Part shown: one piece after another, positions 1 through 7,413 of the stretch
Position numbering within the stretch: position 1 is the first letter of the stretch
Layout of the letters: each line of letters opens with the position of its first letter
Virus record (IMG/VR): IMGVR_UViG_3300026224_000019
Coordinates: 1 to 36,209 of that record
Length of the DNA stretch: 36,209 nucleotides
DNA from: a virus
Lineage: Duplodnaviria > Heunggongvirae > Uroviricota > Caudoviricetes
Reading direction: 5' to 3' (one strand)
Position numbers and translations under genes: made by a program
Notes under the pieces: generated by a model
The model's input: the letters and a program-made list of their open reading frames with translations, nothing else
Database searches by the model: none
What the model was told of the DNA's origin: nothing

Positions 1-1119
1 TCAAATAACCAACTTAACCCATTCCTGACCTCGAGTATCGTTATAGCGATCGGTGGTTGCCTGGATTTTATGTCCTAGTAATGTTTTTGTATCGATACCC
101 TGTGCACGGTACAGCCGTTCTGATAGAGAGCGTTGTTCATGAAATGTTGGCGGTGTTTTTCCGGCTGGTGGAATTATTCCAGCCAGATCCCGCGCTTTGG
201 CAAAGTAATCGCTCAGGTTGTCTTTACTCATTGGTTTTGGTTGTTTCTGGTGCCGACTATGAATCAGGTATGGACTCAATATTTTGTCCCTGCATCCATT
301 AATCACTTCTTTTAGCGATATCCCGATGGCATCACAGCGTAGCGTAAGCGGTAACGCAAGACGCATTCCAGTTTTTCCCTGGGTAATATGCAGGTGATCG
401 TTCCACACATCTGAAAAACGCATGTGGCAAATATCATCACGGCGCTGGCCAGTAACAATCGCAAGAAGCATTGCGTTACGGATAAAGTGTTTTTCAGGCG
501 TTGCGTTGTAAATTTTTTGCCAGTCTTCCAGAGTGAGCCTGGCTCTGGTTACTTTAGGGATCGGTTTACGGGTAGCCTCCGGAGGATTCCATCCGGGAGG
601 GACTTCCCCTGCATGCTGTGCTTCTTTATAAATATCAACCCATAATCCGCGATTTACTCTCGCTGTGCTGACCATGTCTTTATCCAGCCACTCGTCCAGT
701 ATTAATGCAAAGTCTCTTACTTCCAGTTCTTTCAATGGGTGGTTTCCCAGACGGGAAACCAGGAATGCAGCCATTCGCGCTTTTTCTTTGTGGGTTGTAG
801 CTGCAATATCTCCATTTTTCAGCCGCGCGTCCTGTATTTTCAGATATCGATCAACCCATGCCTTTAATCTGATACCCCGACGTTTTGTTGCTGACGGGCT
901 TTCATCAATTTTGCGCATGAAATATTCGGCTTCTGCTGCAGCTATTCGCTGATTGGCTGTGGAAGCGATTCTTTCAGCTTTGCCTTTGTCTGTTCCGAGT
1001 CCGTGAAATTTTCCAGTCACAGGGTTTTTATACTGGTAGTAAACTCTGCCAGTTCTGCGATCAAACTTTTCGTAAAGACCGGCTACGTCAGTGCTGTTTT
1101 TTCGTGGCCTCGGTGACAT
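1..1119 (-). CDS. int: Tyrosine recombinase, lambda-family phage integrase (372 aa)
   Basis: Full ORF with stop at window position 1-3. C-terminal catalytic region resembles lambda Int (LAIVTGQRRDD, PPTFHEQRSLSERLY, LLGHK...TTDRY). Sits at the prophage edge next to an Xis-like gene. Confidence 0.9.
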   Translation of the reverse strand: MSPRPRKNSTDVAGLYEKFDRRTGRVYYQYKNPVTGKFHGLGTDKGKAERIASTANQRIAAAEAEYFMRKIDESPSATKRRGIRLKAWVDRYLKIQDARLKNGDIAATTHKEKARMAAFLVSRLGNHPLKELEVRDFALILDEWLDKDMVSTARVNRGLWVDIYKEAQHAGEVPPGWNPPEATRKPIPKVTRARLTLEDWQKIYNATPEKHFIRNAMLLAIVTGQRRDDICHMRFSDVWNDHLHITQGKTGMRLALPLTLRCDAIGISLKEVINGCRDKILSPYLIHSRHQKQPKPMSKDNLSDYFAKARDLAGIIPPAGKTPPTFHEQRSLSERLYRAQGIDTKTLLGHKIQATTDRYNDTRGQEWVKLVI

Positions 1120-1357
1120 GAGTTAAAATCTCCTTCAGTGCATCATCATCGCCAGTATGAATTTCCGGCGCAATTCCCGTTTCACCAGGTCCAACAAATA
1201 CTGCCCGGCGATCTATCAGCCAACGTCCACGAATTTTTTGTGGTCTTGGTACGATGTATCCAAGTTTTCCGTATTTCACCAGGGTAGTGTTTGTTATTGG
1301 GAGACTGAACCGTTTGGGTTTCCACTCATCGAGCGTTATCAGGTACTGTTCGCTCAT
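1088..1357 (-). CDS. xis: Excisionase, lambda Xis-like (about 89 aa)
   Basis: MSEQYLITLDEWKPKRF...VPRPQKIRGRWLIDRRAV parallels lambda Xis (MYLTLQEW...PPPVKDGREYLF). Start placed at the ATG with GGAG 8 nt upstream; the track start at 1366 is a GTG lying directly against that GGAG. Overlaps the int start by 32 nt. Confidence 0.7.
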   Translation of the reverse strand: MSEQYLITLDEWKPKRFSLPITNTTLVKYGKLGYIVPRPQKIRGRWLIDRRAVFVGPGETGIAPEIHTGDDDALKEILTHVTEATKKQH

Positions 1358-1418
1358 GGTTATCACTCCGGAACGCGCCAGTTGCAGAATACCAACTACA
1401 ACTGGCGACGGTTGAACA

Positions 1419-3899
1419 TTAAAAATCAGTCTGATTCGGGATCAGTTTTTGTATCGTGGCTGTAACGTATTTCGCCTGGTGACGGGCATCATCCAGCGCA
1501 TGGTGGCGCACGCCTTCAAATGGAATAACTGTTCTGGCATCGAAGCCGATAGTTTTTCCCAGTTCAACGATTGTACGTACATCGCGATCGTTGTAGTAAC
1601 GCCACGGGCAGGGGATGTTCAGGCGTTCGTACGAGGTTCGTAAAATAGTGTTGTCGAAAGTTGCACCATTGCCCCATACCTGAACGAATTTTTCATCTGA
1701 GTATTCGTTGATGAACTCCCGAAACCGCGAAAGGGCATCCTTCAGTTTTACCTGGTCTGTTAAAATGGCAGCTCTGGCTTCACTGGACTGCTTCAGCCAC
1801 CATTCGATGGTGCCACCGTCAGGAACAGCCCCTGTATTCATTGCGTCAGTCAGACTGATAACGATATAAAATACTGGCCCGATTTCCCCTGTTTGTGGGT
1901 CGAAGAAAACCGCACCAATAACCACGATGGGCGCATTGGCGTTGGTTCCCATTGTTTCAAGGTCGATCATCAGGTGGTACCACACTCTGCTGGTGGATGT
2001 GATAATGTGATGACCGTTCACCGCAATTAAGGGATCTGCCGTCTCGCCAGTTTTATTATCGCTGGCGTGGTCCTGAGCGCTGCCAGCATTCTTCTTGTGT
2101 GAATGTTCAGCGCCTTCCATTTCCTCCGGATCATCTTCCTGAACTTCAACCTGATACTCTTCATCGAATGTTTCCTGGTATGTTGCGTCGCCCATCACCG
2201 CGCCACAATCAGGGCAGTTGCCGCCGCCGGTTTGACCGCAGGCGGTGCAGACTTTTTCCGGTTCCTGTTGCGCTACTGGCTCAGGTTGTTTCGTTTCTGG
2301 CTCGTTTTGTAACGCATTTGGGCCGTTTTGTTCCGCTTTCTGGTCGTTCTGTTCCGTTTCTTGCTGGTTCTGATTCACTGAATCGCGGGTTTCAATCCCC
2401 TTCACCCATTTCGGATCATTCGGGTCGCTAATCCCTGCAACAAATTCACCACGTGATACAGCAAGCAACTTATCGGCGTCAGGCTGGCTGATATTGGCTG
2501 CCTGCATAATTTTGTTTACTTCGTCAGCGGTAACTTTTACCGGCTCTGGTTGTACGGTCGTGTCAGATGCACCAGTATTTTGTTGTGAACCTGAGTACGT
2601 GCCGTTTTTACGTGCGAAGTATTCCTCTTTTGTGATTTCCGTAGCTCCCAAAGCCAGCGCTTTTTCCAGACCAGAAAGTTTGTTTGCACGACCATATTTT
2701 TCGCCATCCTTATCGGTGAAAAGGAAGTAGAACGGCCCCTCACGCTCTACAGATGGTTCAGTTTCCAGCGTGCTTTCATTTTTTTGGGTATCAGATACTT
2801 CAGTTTCCACTGCATCAGTTTGTGCTGCTGACGGCTGGAGAATATCAGCAGTGCTCTGGTCTGTTTCTTCATCCTCAAACACGCCCTTTGTCGCCAGGTA
2901 TTCAGTGATGTATTTGTTCAGTGCCACGGGATCCTTGTGAATGTCGAGCGGACGCTCACGGACAAGACCAAAAATAGTCTGACGGTTGTAGCGAATGGCA
3001 TCAGGCTGTTTGCGCATTGATGCGGAAATGCGCTTCCAGTCTTCGCGGTCTTTGGCGATAACTTCATTTTCTGCCCAGCGAAGGATGTTACCGTCAATGC
3101 TTCCGGGGTCCGTATCACCAGGCCAGAGATAGCAGGCCAGCTCCCTGTCCAGCGCTTTCCATGTCTGCTTATATTCGCGACGAATGGCAGCAGTGGCAGG
3201 GTTGATTTTTTCTGCTGAGTTTTCAGTGTGCTGTCGGTTGACTCTGACGCGGGCAAGGTCAACAACAGACGTGTATTTTCCAGTCTCTTTGCGCTCTGCG
3301 TCCTGCCGTTTTTTCCAGTTACGTAATTCAGCCTGAATTTCGGGCCATTTGGCACTCGGCTTGCATTTGTGCTTAACCCATCCGATAGCGAACAGTTTGC
3401 GTTCCGGATACATAGCGTTAATTTCAGGCGTTTTCATCAATGCCTCAACGATATGCCCGTCGAATGTTGCCATGTCCTCCTGCAACAATTCCTGTGCACT
3501 AATCACCATATCAACGGTGATGTTTTCACATGTACCGAACTTAACCAGGACCGCGTTCTGTACTTCAAGGGACAGCTTGTCAAAATTGACGTTCATCGGA
3601 TCGGATTCTGGTTCGACCGGAATAAAGGAAGCGGATTCCTCATCCCAGCGGTTTTCCAGCATATATTCGGTATCCCAGGAGTCGATGGCAGGGCGGGGCA
3701 TGCCGGGTTTATCCTCGCAGACAAGAAATTTATAAGCGCAGTCCTGAGCAGCCGGATATTGCTCCAGGAATTGCCAGGTAAATTTGGCACGGGCGCGACG
3801 TTCGTCGCCGGCTTCAATGGCAGTGGCTACAGCGACTGCACCTTCTTCCTTTATTGCCTGTTCGTCCGGAATGGCGGCGCAAATAAAGACTTTACTCAT
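1419..3899 (-). CDS. Large prophage exonuclease (826 aa): C-terminal DnaQ-like 3'-5' exonuclease domain, N-terminal ~550 aa of unknown function with a Cys4 zinc-ribbon motif
   Basis: C-terminal MIDLETMGTNANAPIVVIGAVFFD ... HHALDDARHQAKY matches the DEDDh exonuclease motif pattern. CTACGQ...CPDCG zinc ribbon mid-protein. Occupies the recombination-gene position next to int/xis. Confidence 0.7.
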   Translation of the reverse strand: MSKVFICAAIPDEQAIKEEGAVAVATAIEAGDERRARAKFTWQFLEQYPAAQDCAYKFLVCEDKPGMPRPAIDSWDTEYMLENRWDEESASFIPVEPESDPMNVNFDKLSLEVQNAVLVKFGTCENITVDMVISAQELLQEDMATFDGHIVEALMKTPEINAMYPERKLFAIGWVKHKCKPSAKWPEIQAELRNWKKRQDAERKETGKYTSVVDLARVRVNRQHTENSAEKINPATAAIRREYKQTWKALDRELACYLWPGDTDPGSIDGNILRWAENEVIAKDREDWKRISASMRKQPDAIRYNRQTIFGLVRERPLDIHKDPVALNKYITEYLATKGVFEDEETDQSTADILQPSAAQTDAVETEVSDTQKNESTLETEPSVEREGPFYFLFTDKDGEKYGRANKLSGLEKALALGATEITKEEYFARKNGTYSGSQQNTGASDTTVQPEPVKVTADEVNKIMQAANISQPDADKLLAVSRGEFVAGISDPNDPKWVKGIETRDSVNQNQQETEQNDQKAEQNGPNALQNEPETKQPEPVAQQEPEKVCTACGQTGGGNCPDCGAVMGDATYQETFDEEYQVEVQEDDPEEMEGAEHSHKKNAGSAQDHASDNKTGETADPLIAVNGHHIITSTSRVWYHLMIDLETMGTNANAPIVVIGAVFFDPQTGEIGPVFYIVISLTDAMNTGAVPDGGTIEWWLKQSSEARAAILTDQVKLKDALSRFREFINEYSDEKFVQVWGNGATFDNTILRTSYERLNIPCPWRYYNDRDVRTIVELGKTIGFDARTVIPFEGVRHHALDDARHQAKYVTATIQKLIPNQTDF

Positions 3900-3990
3900 T
3901 TTGTTTTAACCTCATTACAGATTTAAGGGTGAACAAATCCCTGCCATTGCTGGCATATATAAAAAGAATCTGATTTTTGAATTACCGCAC

Positions 3991-4185
3991 TCAGGATTTT
4001 GATGCAGGTGTTTCAGTAAAATTCTGGTGTATGATTTTTTCTACCGGATAACAGTTACCGGGAATTTTCTGTTCTTTCATTGCGGCAATACATTCCTCCT
4101 TGCTGTCATAAATACCCGTTACCATATCAACCGGTTCGCTGTTAGCCATAAAAACAAGCATGACCGAGGCCCACATTACACCCAT
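3991..4185 (-). CDS. Small membrane protein (64 aa), possibly YdfD-like
   Basis: Hydrophobic N-terminus (MGVMWASVMLVFMA). Lies immediately downstream of the DicB-like gene, the position of ydfD in Qin. The homology call is from memory only. Confidence 0.45.
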   Translation of the reverse strand: MGVMWASVMLVFMANSEPVDMVTGIYDSKEECIAAMKEQKIPGNCYPVEKIIHQNFTETPASKS

Positions 4186-4373
4186 GATTTTTTCTCCTGG
4201 AAAATGCCAAGTTTAAGAAGGGCGAGTCGGGAAAGCATGGAATTATCATTGAGAAGATAAGGTTCATATTTCCTCATATTAATGGCATCCTCAGTGAAGT
4301 CTTTATTGCTGAGCTGAATGCCAATATCAAAACAACCTTCAGATGTATTAACGTTTGGTAATAACGTTTCCAT
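4176..4373 (-). CDS. dicB: DicB-like cell-division inhibitor (65 aa)
   Basis: N-terminus METLLPNVNTSEGCFDIGIQLSN...FTEDAIN matches my recollection of E. coli DicB (MKTLLPNVNTSEGCFEIG...FTEDAINKRK). GAGGA RBS 8 nt upstream. Lies downstream of the DicF-like RNA as in Qin. Confidence 0.75.
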   Translation of the reverse strand: METLLPNVNTSEGCFDIGIQLSNKDFTEDAINMRKYEPYLLNDNSMLSRLALLKLGIFQEKKSWV

Positions 4374-4390
4374 TATCGCGTCCTCAACAA

Positions 4391-4530
4391 TGAATTTTGT
4401 GATGCGGTGCCTGGTGCCTCCAGGTGACGTTAACCAGTTAACAATTAACGCCGGAGTATTTCACCCATAAGGTTGCTTGTTTTAACTGTTCCGCGTGCGC
4501 TGAGCCGCATTCACCGCATCACAAAATTCA
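4391..4530. repeat. Perfect 19-bp inverted repeat (TGAATTTTGTGATGCGGTG / CACCGCATCACAAAATTCA) flanking 102 bp; candidate RNA duplex / processing site
   Basis: Arms at 4391-4409 and 4512-4530 are exact reverse complements. Inner region holds nested palindromes (CCTGGTGCCTCCAGG, GTTAACCAGTTAAC). Confidence 0.8.
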
Positions 4531-4590
4531 CTTTAAAAAGGGCGGACATCAGCCAGCAATGAAACTGATGCCGCCAAAAGGTAATCAACA
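4531..4590 (-). ncRNA. dicF: DicF-like small RNA with intrinsic terminator
   Basis: Minus-strand sequence ...UUUUGGCGGCAUCAGUUUCAUUGCUGGCUGAUGUCCGCCCUUUUU resembles E. coli DicF as I remember it (UUUGGCGGUAUCAGUUUU...GCCGCCCUUUUU). GC stem (4540-4552 / 4565-4575) followed by a U-run. Located upstream of the dicB-like gene. The 5' end is approximate. Confidence 0.6.
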
Positions 4591-4915
4591 TGGGTTGTTG
4601 CAGCGGGGTTGTCACTCAGGCGTATGGTCAACCTGACAACCCGGTGTTATCTCGAGGAAAAGATAGCCTCGCCATACTTACCGCCGCGCCATTTCGCGGA
4701 TTGCCACAACCGGAAGCGCACGGTCGAAGATGCCGGTGGCACGCAACAGAGGGAGAAATAACTTCGCCGTGCGCTTTCGCGTTATGCCCTGACTTTTCAG
4801 GGATATATCCTTTCAGTAAACTGTCAGTGCCGGATTCTTATCCGTGTCCGGCGCACGACAACACGCTGTCACGTGTGGTCTCCATTCTCAACCAGTAACC
4901 TCAATGGAGGATAAA

Positions 4916-5158
4916 ATGCCAACAAAACTATGCCCAGCCTGTAATTCTTCGTCTGATTTCTCAGAGAAGAATGGTTATTATATTTTTGATTGCCCGAAAC
5001 ACGGTGTATTCCATATATCAAAACTTGATGGGATATTTGTGAAACCAAGTCAGTATCAGGCTGACAAGTTAAATAAAATTCTCAATGCCAAAAGAGCGCC
5101 AGGCTATACGGGACCTATAGAGGTTTTACCGCGTCCTCGTCTTGTGGAACTGGATTAA
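4916..5158 (+). CDS. Hypothetical zinc-ribbon protein (80 aa)
   Basis: ATG at 4916 preceded by GGAGG with 6-nt spacing. CPAC...CPKH motif. The only plus-strand gene in the leftward early region. Its 3' end overlaps the convergent 186-aa gene by 44 nt. Confidence 0.55.
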   Translation: MPTKLCPACNSSSDFSEKNGYYIFDCPKHGVFHISKLDGIFVKPSQYQADKLNKILNAKRAPGYTGPIEVLPRPRLVELD

Positions 5159-5675
5159 ACCAGTGCTCCTGAATCGCTCGTATTTTTACCCTCGGATGAT
5201 TGCCGGGGGTGATTATTAATTCTGGCGGACATGGTTCTCCATTATGACAAATTGCGCTATAAGTGAAATCAGCCAGAGCAGTGCCGGTCATTATTATTCC
5301 GAACTTATCAAGCAGCGAGAGCAAATCACGCAAACAGGAGTTATCAGTTTTTTCGTTATAAAATGAATCCCCTGATGCAGAGAGCATTTCACCTCGCTCT
5401 GCGATGCGTTTGACCATTTTCCAGAATTCTTTTTTTGAATACTTTTCCTCGACATAAAAACCCATCGCCGAGGCAATCCGCTTTGCAGCTTCTTCAGTAT
5501 CCTGGTTGTTTGTTACCGAAACAGAGTACAATCCGATAAACGCATCGCGCACATTACGAGCCATATTATCAGTGTCTTTTTTCGTTACCGATTCCAATGC
5601 AAGTTCGTTCAGGTGTTGACGGAGTGTCTGTGCTGCAATCTCCTGGATTGATAGTGGTAAATCTTTAAATTCCAT
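5115..5675 (-). CDS. Hypothetical protein (186 aa), leftward early operon
   Basis: Complete ORF; ATG 11 nt downstream of the YdfB-like stop. No motif recognised. Confidence 0.6.
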   Translation of the reverse strand: MEFKDLPLSIQEIAAQTLRQHLNELALESVTKKDTDNMARNVRDAFIGLYSVSVTNNQDTEEAAKRIASAMGFYVEEKYSKKEFWKMVKRIAERGEMLSASGDSFYNEKTDNSCLRDLLSLLDKFGIIMTGTALADFTYSAICHNGEPCPPELIITPGNHPRVKIRAIQEHWFNPVPQDEDAVKPL

Positions 5676-5686
5676 CTTTAACCCCG

Positions 5687-5815
5687 TTAGCCGTTAGATT
5701 TTGCCGAACTGGAAAGCGCCTGTTTAAACTCACTGAAGCTGAGAGCTTCTTCGCCTTCGGCAAGGCCTTCGAAGTATTCTTCGTAAGCCTTTTCCATGAT
5801 TGTGTCGAAATCCAT
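5687..5815 (-). CDS. Small acidic protein (42 aa), YdfB-like
   Basis: MDFDTIMEKAYEEYFEGLAEGEEALSFSEFKQALSSSAKSNG. Start overlaps the upstream stop (TGAtATG). Same size and position as Qin ydfB. Confidence 0.5.
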   Translation of the reverse strand: MDFDTIMEKAYEEYFEGLAEGEEALSFSEFKQALSSSAKSNG

Positions 5816-5816
5816 A

Positions 5817-5972
5817 TCACTCACCTGAGTTTCTTTCCAGCCAGCGACGGGCACCATTTTCGGTTTTAAACGTTTTGCTTTTGGTATACGTCATCGCGGT
5901 GAACGTACCGTCCTGGTTGGGGAACACGCCACATACCAGAGATTCGCTGTTGCCAAGATCGATAGTATCCAT
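5817..5972 (-). CDS. Small protein (51 aa), YdfA-like (DUF1391-type)
   Basis: Internal ATG (MDTIDLGNSESL...) with GAGGT RBS; matches the size and position of Qin ydfA. The track ORF extends to 6065, but that start has no RBS and sits inside a promoter-like element. Confidence 0.5.
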   Translation of the reverse strand: MDTIDLGNSESLVCGVFPNQDGTFTAMTYTKSKTFKTENGARRWLERNSGE

Positions 5973-6049
5973 GCTGACCTCATTTCCCCTTAACGCCGGG
6001 GTAGCGGAACTGTTTGCTGAGAACACCGTGCGGTGTCTTGATGGATGGT

Positions 6050-6101
6050 AATTTAGTTTTCTCATGAAAATTGGTCAAGTGTTTTTGATGAGAAAACTCA
6101 A
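6050..6101 (-). promoter_or_regulatory. Candidate leftward early promoter and operators (pL/OL-like)
   Basis: Minus strand: TTGACC (6078-6073), 17-nt spacer, TAAATT (6055-6050). Flanked by inverted copies of TGAGAAAACT (6055-6064 reverse, 6089-6098 forward), a motif also present in the OR region. Confidence 0.5.
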
Positions 6102-6165
6102 TATTTAATGCAAAATAAAGCCAATACATTGAAATGTAAGGCTTTAAAATTAGTGAAGGGGGGGG

Positions 6166-6573
6166 TTATTGATGTTTGTTACGTTTGCGAGCTTCTAGTA
6201 GCTCGGTGAATAGGCGATTAAAATTCTCAACGCGGGCACGGAGTTCGCTGATTTGTGCTTGCTGCTCTGATTTTGGAAGTGCGCGATACAATCGCAACAT
6301 CTCCAACTCATCTTCCGATAAGTCTAAGGCGCTGTTGAGTGCAACTGGTGGATCTGGTGTTTTATCCTCGTCACCAAACAGTATCCAAGTTGGTGAACAT
6401 TGCAATACCTCAGCCAGGCGATGCAAATTTTGCCCGCGCGGGGCTGTATGGTCGCTTTCCCATAGTGAAATTGATGAGCCAGATACGCCAGCAGCTTTGC
6501 TTAAATCGTTTTGACTTAAACCAACCTGTTTGCGTCTTTCTCTAATTCGTTGGCCTAAAGTTTTCTCGTTCAT
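6166..6573 (-). CDS. dicA: Prophage repressor, HTH XRE-family, DicA-like (135 aa from Met18 of the track ORF)
   Basis: GLSQNDLSKAAGVSGSSISLWE helix-turn-helix; VLQCSPTWILFGDEDK and MLRLYRALPKSEQ...RARVENFNRLFTELLEARKR match my recollection of E. coli DicA. Divergent from the Cro-like gene. Confidence 0.8.
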   Translation of the reverse strand: MNEKTLGQRIRERRKQVGLSQNDLSKAAGVSGSSISLWESDHTAPRGQNLHRLAEVLQCSPTWILFGDEDKTPDPPVALNSALDLSEDELEMLRLYRALPKSEQQAQISELRARVENFNRLFTELLEARKRNKHQ

Positions 6574-6594
6574 ATTTAGATATCTTAATAACCC

Positions 6595-6637
6595 TTGACT
6601 TGAGATTCCTTGAGTGATTACCATTGAGAAAACTCAA
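6595..6637 (+). promoter_or_regulatory. Candidate rightward early promoter/operator (pR/OR-like)
   Basis: TTGACT at 6595-6600; TACCAT at 6619-6624; palindromic operator TTGAGAAAACTCAA at 6624-6637; GGAGGGG RBS before the Cro-like ATG at 6651. Confidence 0.45.
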
Positions 6638-6650
6638 CTTTGGAGGGGTG

Positions 6651-6878
6651 ATGTTTAAATCAGACGTAATTAATTTTTATGGGACGAAAGCCAAAGTAGC
6701 GAAAGCTGCTGGTGTTGATCCATCTGCTGTTTCTCAATGGGGAGAACTGGTTCCTGAAGGTCGCGCGATGCGCCTGCAAGAGGCATCTGGCGGGGAACTT
6801 CAGTACGATCCCAAAGTTTATGACGAATATCGTAAGGCAAAGCGTGCGGGGCGGTTGAACAATGAAAATCACCCCTGA
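6651..6878 (+). CDS. Cro-like HTH protein (DicC/YdaS family, 75 aa)
   Basis: Divergent from the repressor across an operator-containing intergenic region. ATG 6651 has a strong RBS. C-terminal motif VPEGRAMRLQEASGGELQYDPKVYDEY. Confidence 0.65.
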   Translation: MFKSDVINFYGTKAKVAKAAGVDPSAVSQWGELVPEGRAMRLQEASGGELQYDPKVYDEYRKAKRAGRLNNENHP

Positions 6879-7413
6879 ACAGGTTTGTGAGGCTCTGGAT
6901 GCCTGGGTATGCCGACCAGGAATGACACAGGAGCAGGCGACGATATTAATCACAGAAGCCTTCTGGGCCCTGAAAGAACGCCCGAACATCGATGTTCAAC
7001 GCGTCACGTTTGATGATGGCGCGGTTGATCAACGGGCGCTGGGCGTTAACCGGGTGAAGATATTCGAACGCTGGAAAGCTATCGACACCAGGGATAAGCG
7101 TGAAAAATTCACGGCGCTGATTCCGGCAATTATGGAGGCTATCCGGATCAGCGATTTCAGGTTGTATTGTGAAATTACTGACGGAAAAAGCATTACGTAC
7201 ATGATCGCCGGGTTAAACAAAGAATATGGCGATGTGGTGGAGTCCGGGCTGCTTTTTGCGGATCCAGCTGTTGTGGAACGTGAGACTGACGAGCTTATAG
7301 AAAAAGCTATTGCTTTCAAGCACGCGTATCGTCAGCAATACCAATATTACTTTGCAGATAAACAAATATCTGTCTGGGGTTCGTATGAGTATCGATGCAC
7401 TACGATGGGCTAA
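6862..7413 (+). CDS. YdaT-like protein at the cII position (183 aa)
   Basis: Position immediately after the Cro-like gene with overlapping start; family call from memory, no motif verified. Confidence 0.45.
   Translation: MKITPEQVCEALDAWVCRPGMTQEQATILITEAFWALKERPNIDVQRVTFDDGAVDQRALGVNRVKIFERWKAIDTRDKREKFTALIPAIMEAIRISDFRLYCEITDGKSITYMIAGLNKEYGDVVESGLLFADPAVVERETDELIEKAIAFKHAYRQQYQYYFADKQISVWGSYEYRCTTMG

Noticed and set aside
4391-4530. Inverted repeat as a MITE or IS remnant
   Set aside because: No transposase ORF and no obvious target-site duplication; the arms sit precisely between the DicF-like terminator and the dicB-like RBS, which fits an RNA-structure role better.
4590-4898. 102-aa plus-strand ORF between the DicF-like RNA and the zinc-ribbon gene
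   Set aside because: No RBS, Cys/Arg/Pro-rich translation typical of non-coding GC-rich sequence, and it overlaps the proposed DicF 5' region; treated as non-coding.
5817-6065. Full 82-aa version of the YdfA-like ORF
   Set aside because: The upstream ATG has no RBS and sits within a -35/-10-like element and operator copy; the internal ATG with GAGGT RBS gives a 51-aa product matching ydfA size.
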